Assembly (NCBI GenBank): GCA_951813565.1
Contig: OX638351.1
Coordinates: 1,056,001 to 1,120,000, forward strand
DNA length: 64,000 bases
From: an uncultured Poribacteria bacterium
Lineage (GTDB): Bacteria; Poribacteria; WGA-4E; WGA-3G
Reading direction: 5' to 3'
Made by a program: the position numbers and the translations under genes. Of the stretch, positions 1 through 10,093 are shown piece by piece (the first letter of the stretch is position 1; each line of letters starts with the position of its first letter). The notes under the pieces are model-generated. The model saw only the letters and a program-made list of their open reading frames with translations. It had not been told where the DNA came from and searched no databases.

Positions 1-2
1 GT

Positions 3-2090
3 CATACCCGTCTTGAGGGGGTAAGCGTCCGTATCATCGGACTGGATAAGACAACCCAGACAGACACAAACGGACAGTTTCAGTTTGATGATGTGCCAAA
101 AGGGCGGTATACACTTCGGTTTACCAAAACTAGCTATCAGCAGTTTGAACAGTTTGTAGAAGTTAATGCGTCTACACCTTATCTCAAGGTTGAACTGGAG
201 ACGTTGGCGTTTCAACTGCAAACCATCAGGGTATACGGTTTAAATCGCTATCTTTCACAGTTTGAGGAAACAACCGATTTAGCATTGGGTGAGGCAGAAC
301 TCCAAAGACGGTTAGGTATGACCTTGGCGAACACGTTGGCAAATGAGATCGGCGTTTCACAACGAACGATGGGACGAGCAATCGCTCGTCCTGTTATTCG
401 TGGATTGGGCGGTGACAGGCTGCTCATTCTTGAAAACGGCGAACGGACAGGCGATAAATCCGCCTCCAGTGCTGACCACGCCGTATCCATTGATCCGACG
501 ACCGCTGAAGGCGTTGAAATTATACGTGGTCCCGCATCGCTCATTTACGGATCAAGTGCCCTGGGTGGGGTTATCAACGTCAAAAGCAATCACATCCCCC
601 AAATTCTACCGAGACGGCTCGATATGCATCTAACGTTCCAAGCTGAATCTGTCAACTCAGGTTTGACCGGAACGACAGGTTTTACGTTCCCTATTGGTGA
701 TTTTGCGGGCAATGTGGAGTGGAATCGGCGGCGCGCATCCGACATACAAACGCCGGTGGGGGACCTCGCAAACACTGCCCTTTCAAACGTCAATTTTTCA
801 GGCGGTGCCTCGCTGATTAAGCCGTGGGGCTTCATCGGTGCCTCTGGAAGCAGTTATCGTTCAGATTACGGTGTTCCTGGTTCTCCAGAAGGACATATCA
901 GCGGAGTTAACATCGCACTTGACAAGCAACGCTATGAAGGACAGATGGAATACCGCTTCAATACAAGGATGCTTGAAAAAGTAAAACTCCAAACTGCCTA
1001 TACGCGTTATCAGCATCAAGAGTTGGAGTCGAACGGGACACTTGGTGTGGAATTCGGTGTGCTAACCTACAATTTCTCAGCAATGGCTCACGTGTTAGAC
1101 AACGCCGTTGCGGGTATTTGGGGTGAGTACCGAGACCATGCCACAGGCGGGTTTTACTGGACACCGCACACCCGTGAATTCGCGTTGGCAGGATTCTATC
1201 TAAACCAGCGTAACTTTGACAAACTCACCTTACAAGGGGCTATCCGCTACGACGTTAGGCGGGCGGAACCGTTTAGACCCGGAGCAGTTGTCCGAGCTGG
1301 AACCGTCCAACGCCGTGATTTCAACGGTGTTTCCGGGGCCACCTCTGGAATTTACCATTGGACGGATAGGTTGAGCACTGGAGCGACCCTGATGAAAACG
1401 TTTCGCGCACCCGGTATTGAGGAACTTTTCAGCGATGGACCCCACTTGGCTGTCTTTTCCTACGAAATCGGCAATGCAGAGCTGGAATCTGAGAATGGAT
1501 ATGGCACTGAACTCTTCGTCAAATACGCTAATGATAGGTTCAGATTCAATCTTGCACTTTTCAGGAATCAGATACGGAACTACCTCATTCCGACGAACAG
1601 CGGTCAAAAAGAGTGGGGCAGCGGGGCAGCCGGATGGTTGTGGATTTATCAATACATGGGACACGATGTTGTGATGGATGGGACTGAAATCCAAATAGGG
1701 GGTGAGGTCCTCTCACAGATCCATCTTCAGTTGAATATGAGTTACATCCACGGAACTATTCAAACCAGTGGGCGACCACTGGAGCGTATCCCACCCCTCA
1801 ACGGTAAATTCGTCATCAGCTACACGCCGACACCGTTGCATTTGCATGTTGCAGCCCGTTTTTCAGGCAGCCAGACCCGGCTCAGCGAATTTGAGGAACC
1901 GACAGACGGCTATCTCGTCTATGATATTGGAGGTTATTTCAATTTTTCGTGGTGGCAGCTTGAGAACATGGTGGTTTTCGAGGTTGAAAACCTCCTGGAT
2001 ACAGTATACCGCGAACATCTATCCCGCATCAAAGCGGTAATGCCAGAACCGGGTAGAAATATAAAGTTTTTGTACAAACTTAATTTTTAA
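3..2090 (+). CDS. TonB-dependent receptor, probably for zinc/metal uptake; 5' end lies outside the window
   Basis: Frame is open from position 3 (HTRLEGVSVRII...TDTNGQFQFDDVPKGRYTL, carboxypeptidase-regulatory-like N-domain). Plug motifs RPVIRGLGGDR and VEIIRGPASLIYGSSALGGVINV; C-terminal ENLLDTVYREHLS...PGRNIK...LNF. Confidence 0.93.
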   Translation, partial: HTRLEGVSVRIIGLDKTTQTDTNGQFQFDDVPKGRYTLRFTKTSYQQFEQFVEVNASTPYLKVELETLAFQLQTIRVYGLNRYLSQFEETTDLALGEAELQRRLGMTLANTLANEIGVSQRTMGRAIARPVIRGLGGDRLLILENGERTGDKSASSADHAVSIDPTTAEGVEIIRGPASLIYGSSALGGVINVKSNHIPQILPRRLDMHLTFQAESVNSGLTGTTGFTFPIGDFAGNVEWNRRRASDIQTPVGDLANTALSNVNFSGGASLIKPWGFIGASGSSYRSDYGVPGSPEGHISGVNIALDKQRYEGQMEYRFNTRMLEKVKLQTAYTRYQHQELESNGTLGVEFGVLTYNFSAMAHVLDNAVAGIWGEYRDHATGGFYWTPHTREFALAGFYLNQRNFDKLTLQGAIRYDVRRAEPFRPGAVVRAGTVQRRDFNGVSGATSGIYHWTDRLSTGATLMKTFRAPGIEELFSDGPHLAVFSYEIGNAELESENGYGTELFVKYANDRFRFNLALFRNQIRNYLIPTNSGQKEWGSGAAGWLWIYQYMGHDVVMDGTEIQIGGEVLSQIHLQLNMSYIHGTIQTSGRPLERIPPLNGKFVISYTPTPLHLHVAARFSGSQTRLSEFEEPTDGYLVYDIGGYFNFSWWQLENMVVFEVENLLDTVYREHLSRIKAVMPEPGRNIKFLYKLNF

Positions 2091-2144
2091 CTTATGCTGT
2101 ATGGACAGGTCATTTTTACTATCCATACGATTTTAGGAGAAAAA

Positions 2145-2543
2145 TTGAAAAAATATTTTAGTCAAGAATTAGTAGACAATACTGGCGCATGTCTATCTTT
2201 TGCGTGTGCGGTCCATTGCATGGCGATACCGCTTCTGGTGACCATGTTACCTTTGATCGGTCTCGGTTTCTTTGCGACTGAGCGTGCTGAATTGGTCCTT
2301 ATCACTGGCGCAATTGGACTGGCAATCGCGAGTTTAGCGTGGGGTGTTCGACTCCACCGAAGCTGGCGAGCCTTGTTGATACTAATAGTGGCGTTGGCAT
2401 TCATCGCCACCTCTCGGACAGCCGTTGAAGACACTTTTGAAGTGGTCTTTTACAGTATCGGTGGGATTTTACTCGCCTCCGCACACCTTGTAAATCGGCA
2501 CCTATGTAGGACCTGTCCAGCATGTGAGCTGGGAGATGTATAA
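2145..2543 (+). CDS. MerC-domain membrane protein, copy 1
   Basis: DNTGACLSFACAVHC..P motif, 4 hydrophobic segments, AHLVNRHLC end. TTG start after AGGAGA (ORF track starts at 2094). Confidence 0.8.
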   Translation: MKKYFSQELVDNTGACLSFACAVHCMAIPLLVTMLPLIGLGFFATERAELVLITGAIGLAIASLAWGVRLHRSWRALLILIVALAFIATSRTAVEDTFEVVFYSIGGILLASAHLVNRHLCRTCPACELGDV

Positions 2544-2547
2544 AATT

Positions 2548-3504
2548 ATGCAGAGAAAAATTATGCAGAGAATATACATTTCAGTGTGTTTAATAGGTAT
2601 GCTGGTATGGTCTGGCTGTGATCCGAAGGAACAACCGGGTGCTGTCACAGACGATAAACTTCGCGTTGTTACCACAATCGGTATGATTACTGATGTTGTT
2701 AAAAATGTTGGCGGTACGCGCGTTGAGGTAACCGGGATAGTGGAACCTGGAGTAGACCCACACTTTTACAACCCGACTCCTAAAGATGCCCAAAGGCTCG
2801 GTTCAGCACACATCATCTTCTATAACGGGCTGCACCTTGAAGCAAAAATGGGAGCCATCCTTGCAAAGATGTCGGAGGATACACTGACGGTCGCCGTAAC
2901 AGACGCTGTAGATCGGAGTCTATTGCTAACACCCCAAGAATACGAGGGACTCCACGATCCGCACTTATGGTTTGACGTGAAGCTTTGGATGCAAGCGGTG
3001 GGAAAGGTTCGCGATGTCCTGAGTGAATTCGATGCCGGTAATACTGTCTTGTACCGAAGCAACGCCGAACGTTACCTCACGAAACTCGTGAAACTCGATG
3101 AATACGTAAAATCGCAAGTGGAACGCGTGCCATCTCAGCAACGCGTCCTTGTGACGGCGCACGACTGTTTTAACTACTTCGGAAAGGCGTACGGGTTTGA
3201 GGTGCGCGGATTACAAGGTATTAGCACCACGACAGAAGTCGGTATCGCTGATGTACAGGAATTGGCGACGTTTATTGTGGAGCGGGGTATCTCTGCTATT
3301 TTTGTAGAGTCATCCGTCTCTTCACGCAGTCTCGAAGCGGTGAAAGCCGCTGTGAAGTCAAAAGGATTTGATGTAGAGATTGGTGGTGAGCTCTTCACAG
3401 ACGCTATCGGAAACGAGGGAACACCTGAAGGTACCTACATCGGGATGATCCGACATAATATTGATACGATTGTACATGCTTTGATTAGGGAATCGGAGTT
3501 ATAA
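2548..3504 (+). CDS. Zn/Mn ABC transporter substrate-binding lipoprotein (TroA/ZnuA family)
   Basis: Lipobox VWSGC; VVTTIGMITD, GVDPHFY, DPHLWFD, LVTAHDCFNYFG motifs. Start 2548 or 2563. Confidence 0.92.
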   Translation: MQRKIMQRIYISVCLIGMLVWSGCDPKEQPGAVTDDKLRVVTTIGMITDVVKNVGGTRVEVTGIVEPGVDPHFYNPTPKDAQRLGSAHIIFYNGLHLEAKMGAILAKMSEDTLTVAVTDAVDRSLLLTPQEYEGLHDPHLWFDVKLWMQAVGKVRDVLSEFDAGNTVLYRSNAERYLTKLVKLDEYVKSQVERVPSQQRVLVTAHDCFNYFGKAYGFEVRGLQGISTTTEVGIADVQELATFIVERGISAIFVESSVSSRSLEAVKAAVKSKGFDVEIGGELFTDAIGNEGTPEGTYIGMIRHNIDTIVHALIRESEL

Positions 3505-3566
3505 ACCGTTTCTACAAAAGAATCGAGGATCCTAACCTCTTATACAACGGAGTCTTAAAGATGTAG

Positions 3567-3824
3567 ATGAAATTTTTCAATTCGCAAAAAGAGAGTGACC
3601 CACGTCAACTCGCCCAAGTCAAATCGTGGGTCTCCCAAGCCTTTGGCCTATCAGAAGATGTCTCCGTGATGATTACTCAGTTGCAATGCACCGAAGAAGG
3701 CTGCCCGCCTATTGAAACGGTCATTGCAATCATGGAGACACCGGGAAAGCCCCGGCAATACAAGATTCACAAACCGCTGGCGGAGGTGAAGCAGACGGAC
3801 ATCGTTAGCTTGACCGCTGGCTAA
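3567..3824 (+). CDS. Small conserved protein with a CxxxxCPP motif, associated with COG0523
   Basis: QLQCTEEGCPPIETVI...KIHKPLAEV; in operon directly before the COG0523 gene. Confidence 0.7.
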   Translation: MKFFNSQKESDPRQLAQVKSWVSQAFGLSEDVSVMITQLQCTEEGCPPIETVIAIMETPGKPRQYKIHKPLAEVKQTDIVSLTAG

Positions 3825-3843
3825 ATTCAACAAGGAGAGAAAG

Positions 3844-5196
3844 ATGAACACATCCATGCTAAACAATCAAGTCCCTGTCACCGTGTTGACGGGCTTTTTA
3901 GGGTCTGGTAAAACCACGCTTCTCAACCGTATTCTCACCGAAAACCATGGCAAACGTATCGCCGTCATCGAAAACGAGTTTGGCGAGGTTGGTGTCGATA
4001 ATGATTTGGTCATCGGTGCCGAAGAAGAGATTTTCGAGATGAACAATGGTTGCATCTGCTGCACGGTGCGCGGGGATCTCATCCGTATTTTGGGGAATCT
4101 GATGAAGCGTCGCGATAAGTTCGACTACATCATGGTCGAAACCACTGGGCTTGCGGACCCCGGGCCAGTTGCTCAGACATTCTTCATGGACACCGAAATG
4201 CAGGAGAAACTGCAACTGGATTCCGTCACGACGGTGGTTGATGCCAAACACATCTGGCAGCACATCGATGACAGCGATGAAGCGCGTGAACAGATCGCCT
4301 TTGCCGATGTCATTTTGTTGAACAAGATTGACCTTGTGACCGAGGGAGAGTTAGATCAACTGGAAGCCAGAATTCGCAGCATGAACAGTGCAGCGAAGAT
4401 TTATCGAACGAAAAACGCCGTAGTTGAAATGGACAAGATTCTCAATGTCGGCGGATTCGATCTCGACCGGGCGATGGAGGTTGACCCCCAGTTTATGGAA
4501 CCGGAGTACCCCTTTGAATGGGCTGGTGTTTATAGCCTTTCGGCAGGTACGCATGAATTGGTTCTTCAAGAAGGTCCTGACCCGACAATGAAACTCGCGT
4601 TGGTGCCCGTAAATGAGTCAACCGATGAAGCTTTGGAGGCCGTTGTTGAGCCAGTCGTTATGGTTTTCTCCGATGACGAGCATGAACTTTCGGCGGGTGG
4701 CACCCTTCAACCGAGTGGACAACTCATTGCGTTGAATCTCACAGCCGATGAATTACGCTTTGATGTGCAGATCGACCGCCCCGGTGCTTACGCGCTGTTT
4801 ACCGAGCATCACCCCGACGAATTTCAAGCACAACTCTTTGGCAGCGGTGCCCTTGTCAAGCCAGTTGTTGAACGCGAATTTAAGCCAGACCACGAACATG
4901 ATGACGAAGTCACATCGGTCGGCATCACAACCCTCGGAGACCTCGATGCCGACCAACTGAACGATTGGATTGGCGATCTGCTTCGAACAAAAGGTGTTGA
5001 CATCTTCCGCATGAAAGGTATTCTGAGCATCAAGGGTGAGCCAAACCGTTTCGTCTTCCAAGGTGTTCATATGCTCTTTGACGGTCGCCCGGACCGCCCA
5101 TGGGGTGGTGAACCGCGCTACAATAGCCTCATCTTCATCGGGCGCAACCTCGACCGGGCCGAATTGACTGAAGGGTTTGAAGCATGTCTCGCTTGA
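3844..5196 (+). CDS. COG0523 (CobW/YciC/ZigA-like) G3E metallochaperone GTPase
   Basis: TGFLGSGKTT, ENEFGE, GCICC, ETTGLADP, LNKID, C-terminal FRMKG...FQGVH...IFIGRNL; RBS AAGGAG. Confidence 0.95.
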   Translation: MNTSMLNNQVPVTVLTGFLGSGKTTLLNRILTENHGKRIAVIENEFGEVGVDNDLVIGAEEEIFEMNNGCICCTVRGDLIRILGNLMKRRDKFDYIMVETTGLADPGPVAQTFFMDTEMQEKLQLDSVTTVVDAKHIWQHIDDSDEAREQIAFADVILLNKIDLVTEGELDQLEARIRSMNSAAKIYRTKNAVVEMDKILNVGGFDLDRAMEVDPQFMEPEYPFEWAGVYSLSAGTHELVLQEGPDPTMKLALVPVNESTDEALEAVVEPVVMVFSDDEHELSAGGTLQPSGQLIALNLTADELRFDVQIDRPGAYALFTEHHPDEFQAQLFGSGALVKPVVEREFKPDHEHDDEVTSVGITTLGDLDADQLNDWIGDLLRTKGVDIFRMKGILSIKGEPNRFVFQGVHMLFDGRPDRPWGGEPRYNSLIFIGRNLDRAELTEGFEACLA

Positions 5197-6239
5197 ACAA
5201 CCTGAGCAACCGCATTCTCCAGCCCTCTCAACTGCGCGAAAATTGGACGGCAACCATCAGCGACCACGTCATTGATCTGGCGTGGTCCCCTGATGGGAAA
5301 TACATCGCTGCCGCGTCGGTTCTCGGTCCGGTGACAATTTTTGAAGGGCATCGTCGAGCGGTTATCCATGCCTTTGAAGGGCATGAATTCGGTACAATGT
5401 CGATCGCATGGCGTCCAGACAGCAAGGTGCTTGCAAGCGCAGGACAAGATGGGAAAATTCGGTTGTGGGATATGACAAGTGGCGAAGCGACCCATTCGCT
5501 TGACGGGGGCGCAGCATGGGTTGAGCACCTATCTTGGAGTGGCGGCGAAAAACCGATACTCGCCTCTGCCGCGGGTCGTAAGTTGAAACTCTGGAACGCT
5601 GGCGGTGAGCTTGTTCGCGAATATCCCGACCATCAGAGCACGATTTCTGGTCTCCAGTGGAAACCGCGTGTAAAGCAACTTGCCTCAATTGCCTACGGCG
5701 GTGCCACGCTGTGGGACCCGCAACAGTCGGAAGCCGTCCGCCGATTGGAATGGCAAGGTTCATCACTCGTGATTGCGTGGAGCCCTGACGGCAAACACAT
5801 CGCCACCGGAGATCAAGATTCGACTGTACACTTCTGGATTATGTCTACCGGTGAGGACTTGCAAATGACTGGCTATCCGACGAAAGTGCGAGAACTCTCG
5901 TGGGATGCCACGAGTCGATACTTGGCTACCGGAGGCGGTCAGGAAGTTACGGTGTGGGATTGTTCCGGTCGCGGCCCGGCAGGGACTAAACCCATTACGC
6001 TTTCCGGGCATCAGGATTTTCTCAGCGTTGTGCGTTTTCAACATCGCGGAAAACTGCTGGCATCAGGCGGCACCGACGGTCTGGTCTACGTCTGGCAATT
6101 GCGAGGCAGAATCAGTTCTCTGGCGGTTCATAAAGCCGCTCTGGCAGCGGGGGTCACAAGCCTCGTTTGGTCACCGAATGACCAGCATATTGCTGTTGGT
6201 GACGAGGCGGGTGGGGTGAGCGTCTTTTCTATAACTTAA
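5184..6239 (+). CDS. WD40-repeat protein
   Basis: Repeated GH...W[SR]PD...LASAGQDGKIRLWD units; overlaps the COG0523 stop. Confidence 0.92.
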   Translation: MSRLNNLSNRILQPSQLRENWTATISDHVIDLAWSPDGKYIAAASVLGPVTIFEGHRRAVIHAFEGHEFGTMSIAWRPDSKVLASAGQDGKIRLWDMTSGEATHSLDGGAAWVEHLSWSGGEKPILASAAGRKLKLWNAGGELVREYPDHQSTISGLQWKPRVKQLASIAYGGATLWDPQQSEAVRRLEWQGSSLVIAWSPDGKHIATGDQDSTVHFWIMSTGEDLQMTGYPTKVRELSWDATSRYLATGGGQEVTVWDCSGRGPAGTKPITLSGHQDFLSVVRFQHRGKLLASGGTDGLVYVWQLRGRISSLAVHKAALAAGVTSLVWSPNDQHIAVGDEAGGVSVFSIT

Positions 6240-6320
6240 AGTTCAACATTCAAACGGAGTCAGTTGTCACAGTTCTTACTTTGGTTATTTAACCAAGCTA
6301 AGATCTTAGGCAATAGTGTA

Positions 6321-6431
6321 TAGTAAAGTCAAAATTAAAGAGACATTTCAGTGATTGCGGAGACTGCCTTCTCGTAAGAGCGAGGTTCCCTCGCCCGCTG
6401 TGAAGCGTTTCATTAATTCTGAAATCCACTA
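6321..6431. mobile_element. TA-flanked MITE-like element (TAGTR...YACTA ends)
   Basis: TA|TAGTAAAGTCAAAATTAA ... TTAATTCTGAAATCCACTA|TA; internal REP-like hairpin GCGAGGTTCCCTCGC. Confidence 0.6.
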
Positions 6432-6453
6432 TAGTTTGCGCATCTTGGAACAC

Positions 6454-6512
6454 GGGGAATCATGGCGAATATCATACGCGTATTCGCCCAATAGCATTCA
6501 TACCGTTGATTT
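6454..6512 (+). repeat. 35-nt hairpin cassette carrying an inserted 25-nt cassette
   Basis: GGGGAAT[CATGGCGAATATCATACGCGTATTC]GCCCAATAGCATTCATACCGTTGATTT; related to copies at 27073, 48997, 49333 and 58232-58384. Confidence 0.7.
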
Positions 6513-6613
6513 ACTAACAGTGTGCGTTACGAAAATTGCTTGGACCGAACTCACATTAACATACCTTGTATGGACAAATCTATTATTGCTGTCAATACAA
6601 TTTAGGAGAAAAA

Positions 6614-7024
6614 TTGAAAAAATATTTTAGTCAAGAATTCGTAGACAATACTGGCGCATGTCTATCTTTTGCGTGTGCGATCCACTGCATGGCGATGCCG
6701 CTTTTGATAACTATTTTACCTTTGATCGGTCTCAGTTTTCTCGCCAGTGAACCCGCGGAATTAGCCATCATCGGTGGGGCAGTCGTGCTTGCACTTGGAA
6801 GTATAGTTTGGGGTGTTCGCCATCACCGAAGTTGGCATGCATTCCTCGTACTCGTTGTGGCATTCGCATTTATCGCTACTGCTCACATGGCAGCTGAAGG
6901 CATTTATGAGGTGCTCTTACACAGCGGAGGAGGCATCCTACTTGCATCAGCACATCTCTTAAACCGCCATTTGTGTAAAACTTGCCCTGCATGTGAACAC
7001 GAACATGTTGGTGATTCTCATTAA
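6614..7024 (+). CDS. MerC-domain membrane protein, copy 2
   Basis: Paralog of 2145-2543 with a near-identical 5' end and RBS (TTTAGGAGAAAAATTGAAAAAATATTTTAGTCAAGAATT); His-rich tail CEHEHVGDSH. Confidence 0.8.
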   Translation: MKKYFSQEFVDNTGACLSFACAIHCMAMPLLITILPLIGLSFLASEPAELAIIGGAVVLALGSIVWGVRHHRSWHAFLVLVVAFAFIATAHMAAEGIYEVLLHSGGGILLASAHLLNRHLCKTCPACEHEHVGDSH

Positions 7025-7040
7025 TTCACTAAACGTTTTC

Positions 7041-7082
7041 CATCCAAGTAGGTGCGGTTAGGAAGCCACACCTACTTGGATG
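7041..7082. terminator. REP-like hairpin between convergent genes, probable bidirectional terminator
   Basis: Perfect 14-bp inverted repeat CATCCAAGTAGGTG / CACCTACTTGGATG. Confidence 0.55.
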
Positions 7083-7108
7083 AATCGCGTTAATTTGGTA
7101 TTAGAAAC

Positions 7109-9928
7109 TTATGACTCAGAACGTTCAAGACGGAGCACGCCGCGATGTTCTGTGCCAACGAAGAAGGCATCTCCATCAACAACGAGAGTATTAATCGTAT
7201 CCGGAATTTCAGGTACAATTTGTTCCCAAGTCCCTGTTTCCTTTTTGAACTGATAGATGCCGTCATCATTCGCTCCATAAACAGCATCCTCTGCTGTTGC
7301 TAACGACTTGATGATTACGGTTTCCCCCGTTTTATCAGTAATTGCATTCCAAACAACACCATCTATTGAATTGAAAACGCCTTTGTCGGTTGCGACGTGA
7401 ACCGTTGAGTCGGTAATGACAATCTGATTGTAGTGTTCAACCGACTGCGGCAAGTTTGATGTCCTGTCGTTCCAATTATCACCACCATCAAGCGATTGAA
7501 AGAGTTGTCCATCTCGCTTACCGACGTATACTGTTTCATCCGATGTAGCAAGTTTAAAACCTCGCGCCATATTTTCATGTGTGAGTTCGCAAGTTTCCTC
7601 TACACCTGTATCGGACCATCTTGTGTCACCAGGTTTCCATCGGAAGAGTTTATAGTTGTACTCCATGTAGTACGTTTCTCCACTCACCGCGAAGTTGCCG
7701 TATAATCCTTCCAACATCAATTCGTAAGCCAGCTGATGATCACCTTGTACTTGACCCAATAGTTTTAAAAAGCGTTCTGCACCAAATTTTGGATCATCCC
7801 GTATTATCTGAGTGGATAAAGACTCAGAATCGTCAGGATCTGTAGAGGAGGTAGAGGAAAAGGAAATCAGTACCGCTTGTCCCATGAGTCGATCAGAATC
7901 GAAGGGAAATGTTGCTTCACCAAAGACAGTCCACATAAGTCTTGCTGAATCTCGCGAAGGTGGTGCCGTTCCCTCAACAGGTCTTAAACAATATTCTCCC
8001 TCAACAGCAACTAAGCAGTTTTTTTCGGGAACGAAACGATAGTAAGCCGTTTCATTATTACGTCGAATTCCTTTAGCATACAGAACACCGTTGTCTTCGG
8101 AAATCTGCACAATTCTCGGTGTATATTCTGTATCTTTAAATTTTGTATTGAATTTTGGTATTTCAGTAGTAACCCTTGGCAAGTCAATCTCCACAGTAGA
8201 CCATGAACTCCCTGCGTTTGTTGATCTGACCACACTCCCAGCAACTGTCGCGTAGAGTGCATTTGGTATATTTGAATCTGGATCCGCATTCAAGCTAATT
8301 AGGTTTTCCACACGACACGCAAACCTTGTATTGAATCGGTGCCAAGTTTCACCGCCATCCGTTGTACGATGAATACCAGAAATTCCACCAGTATAAGAGG
8401 TGGTTTCGTTTAATGCTACAGCACAGTTTACGCTAAACTGCAATGGTGCGATACCAGACTGTTCTATAGTTTTCCAAGTGTTTCCACAATCAGTTGAGCG
8501 TGCTACAATTCCATCCTCGCCACCTACCAGTAAGAGTGTTTTCCCTGATGAAAGAAGTATTATCGGAGGTAAGGATCTCAATATTTTTTCCCGGGCATCC
8601 GTAGGCGTTATATCAGTCCAAGAATTTCCACCATCGGTTGATCTGAATACCCACCATGAATCCTTGCTGATATCACACAAATTATGGTAATTTTCTGTAG
8701 GTGTTCCGTCACCCTCCATTATATTTACCGATACTGCGGCATATATTTGGTCTTCGGTCACCTCCAGAGAATTTACAATCACAATATTGTCTACTGGTAA
8801 GGGCAGGTGTTCCCAAGTTTCAGAGTTATGACGGTATACTCCCAGAGATGTTCCAGCAAATAAGGTGTCTTGGCTGACTCGTAATGTCCTAATACCTGAA
8901 TTCTTTGTCACACGTTTGTCAAAACCCTCGTTCATGTCTATCCACGACTTTCCAGCGTCTTCGGAACGGAAAATACCATGATTTAGAGCGATGTAAAATG
9001 CATCTTCTGTGATCAACAATTCCCTCACATGCCCTTCTGGACAGGGCCCGACAGAATTCCAAGTTTCACCGCCATCAGTTGAGGCAAACATTTCATGAGA
9101 TGGGATAATATAAACCGTTCCATTGTGTTCAGCAATCGGAATACTACCCTTGGTCTTTTCAGGGAAAAAATCCGAGTTAACGGGTTGCCATTCATTTTCA
9201 TTCGCAGGTAATTTGTAGATGCTCTCATAACCCATCACCGCATAGAGTGTCCCATCCGATGTTTTAGCTAATGTGCCTACTGAAGCGGCAACACCGGGTT
9301 CATTCATCTGAATCCACTGCATAATATTCTCTGTAAGATTTTCTGGCAATTCAAAGCCACCTAATGTTTCGCGAACCATTAATTCCTCCTCCTTTAATCG
9401 TTTTCTTGCCCGATGAAGTCTGCTCTTAATCGTATTCACCGGAACATCCAAAAACTCGCTAATATCTTCACAACGCATTTCACCGAGATAGTGAAGCGTA
9501 ATCACAGTATATTCATTCTCAGGCAGTTTATTGAGAAGATGTTTCACTACCTCATGCCGTTTTTCATCTGCGGTAACTTCGCGTTGTTTATCAAGATATT
9601 GGGTATAGAAAATTTTTTCTAACTCTGCTTCAGGCATAGTATCAAGAGATAGAATCGGTAGCTGCGTTTTTCTATAAGAAGCTAAACAACAATTCTTCGC
9701 AATAGCATGTAACCATGCAGCAAAACGGTTCGGATCTCTAAGTGTCCAAAGCTTTTGATAAACCTGAAGAAAGGTGTCCTGCGTAATCTCTTCAGCGAGA
9801 TGGAAGTCACCTAACTTCCGCCATGCAAACGCATGCACCTGCTTCTGATATTTTTCTACCAAAACAGTAAACGCGTTTTGTTCACCACTGAGGGTCTCTT
9901 GAATTAATGTAACATCGTTATTTTGCAT
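7109..9928 (-). CDS. ECF sigma-70 factor fused to a C-terminal BNR/Asp-box beta-propeller region; no transmembrane segment
   Basis: Region 2 AEEITQDTFLQVY...FAAWL, region 4 LHYLGEM...VNTIKSRLHRAR; many S-x-D-[GA]-G-x-[TS]-W Asp boxes; RBS AGGAGG. Confidence 0.9.
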   Translation of the reverse strand: MQNNDVTLIQETLSGEQNAFTVLVEKYQKQVHAFAWRKLGDFHLAEEITQDTFLQVYQKLWTLRDPNRFAAWLHAIAKNCCLASYRKTQLPILSLDTMPEAELEKIFYTQYLDKQREVTADEKRHEVVKHLLNKLPENEYTVITLHYLGEMRCEDISEFLDVPVNTIKSRLHRARKRLKEEELMVRETLGGFELPENLTENIMQWIQMNEPGVAASVGTLAKTSDGTLYAVMGYESIYKLPANENEWQPVNSDFFPEKTKGSIPIAEHNGTVYIIPSHEMFASTDGGETWNSVGPCPEGHVRELLITEDAFYIALNHGIFRSEDAGKSWIDMNEGFDKRVTKNSGIRTLRVSQDTLFAGTSLGVYRHNSETWEHLPLPVDNIVIVNSLEVTEDQIYAAVSVNIMEGDGTPTENYHNLCDISKDSWWVFRSTDGGNSWTDITPTDAREKILRSLPPIILLSSGKTLLLVGGEDGIVARSTDCGNTWKTIEQSGIAPLQFSVNCAVALNETTSYTGGISGIHRTTDGGETWHRFNTRFACRVENLISLNADPDSNIPNALYATVAGSVVRSTNAGSSWSTVEIDLPRVTTEIPKFNTKFKDTEYTPRIVQISEDNGVLYAKGIRRNNETAYYRFVPEKNCLVAVEGEYCLRPVEGTAPPSRDSARLMWTVFGEATFPFDSDRLMGQAVLISFSSTSSTDPDDSESLSTQIIRDDPKFGAERFLKLLGQVQGDHQLAYELMLEGLYGNFAVSGETYYMEYNYKLFRWKPGDTRWSDTGVEETCELTHENMARGFKLATSDETVYVGKRDGQLFQSLDGGDNWNDRTSNLPQSVEHYNQIVITDSTVHVATDKGVFNSIDGVVWNAITDKTGETVIIKSLATAEDAVYGANDDGIYQFKKETGTWEQIVPEIPDTINTLVVDGDAFFVGTEHRGVLRLERSES

Positions 9929-9957
9929 AAGTGCCTCCTAATGGATTTCCCTTATGA

Positions 9958-9992
9958 TATAATGATACATGCAAGAAGGAAAAGGTTGCATA
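9958..9992 (-). promoter_or_regulatory. Possible ECF-type autoregulatory promoter
   Basis: Minus strand ATGCAACCTTTT...GTATCATTA, similar to ATGCACCTTTTT...CGTCACTA upstream of the paralog (34722-34755). Confidence 0.35.
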
Positions 9993-10093
9993 AAATGCAA
10001 ATTTTTTTCAAATTCTTCCGAAAAAGGCGTGTAAATATATTCTCAATAGGTAGGATTGAGGTGTATTATACGAGGATTCATTGGTTTTCTGTC

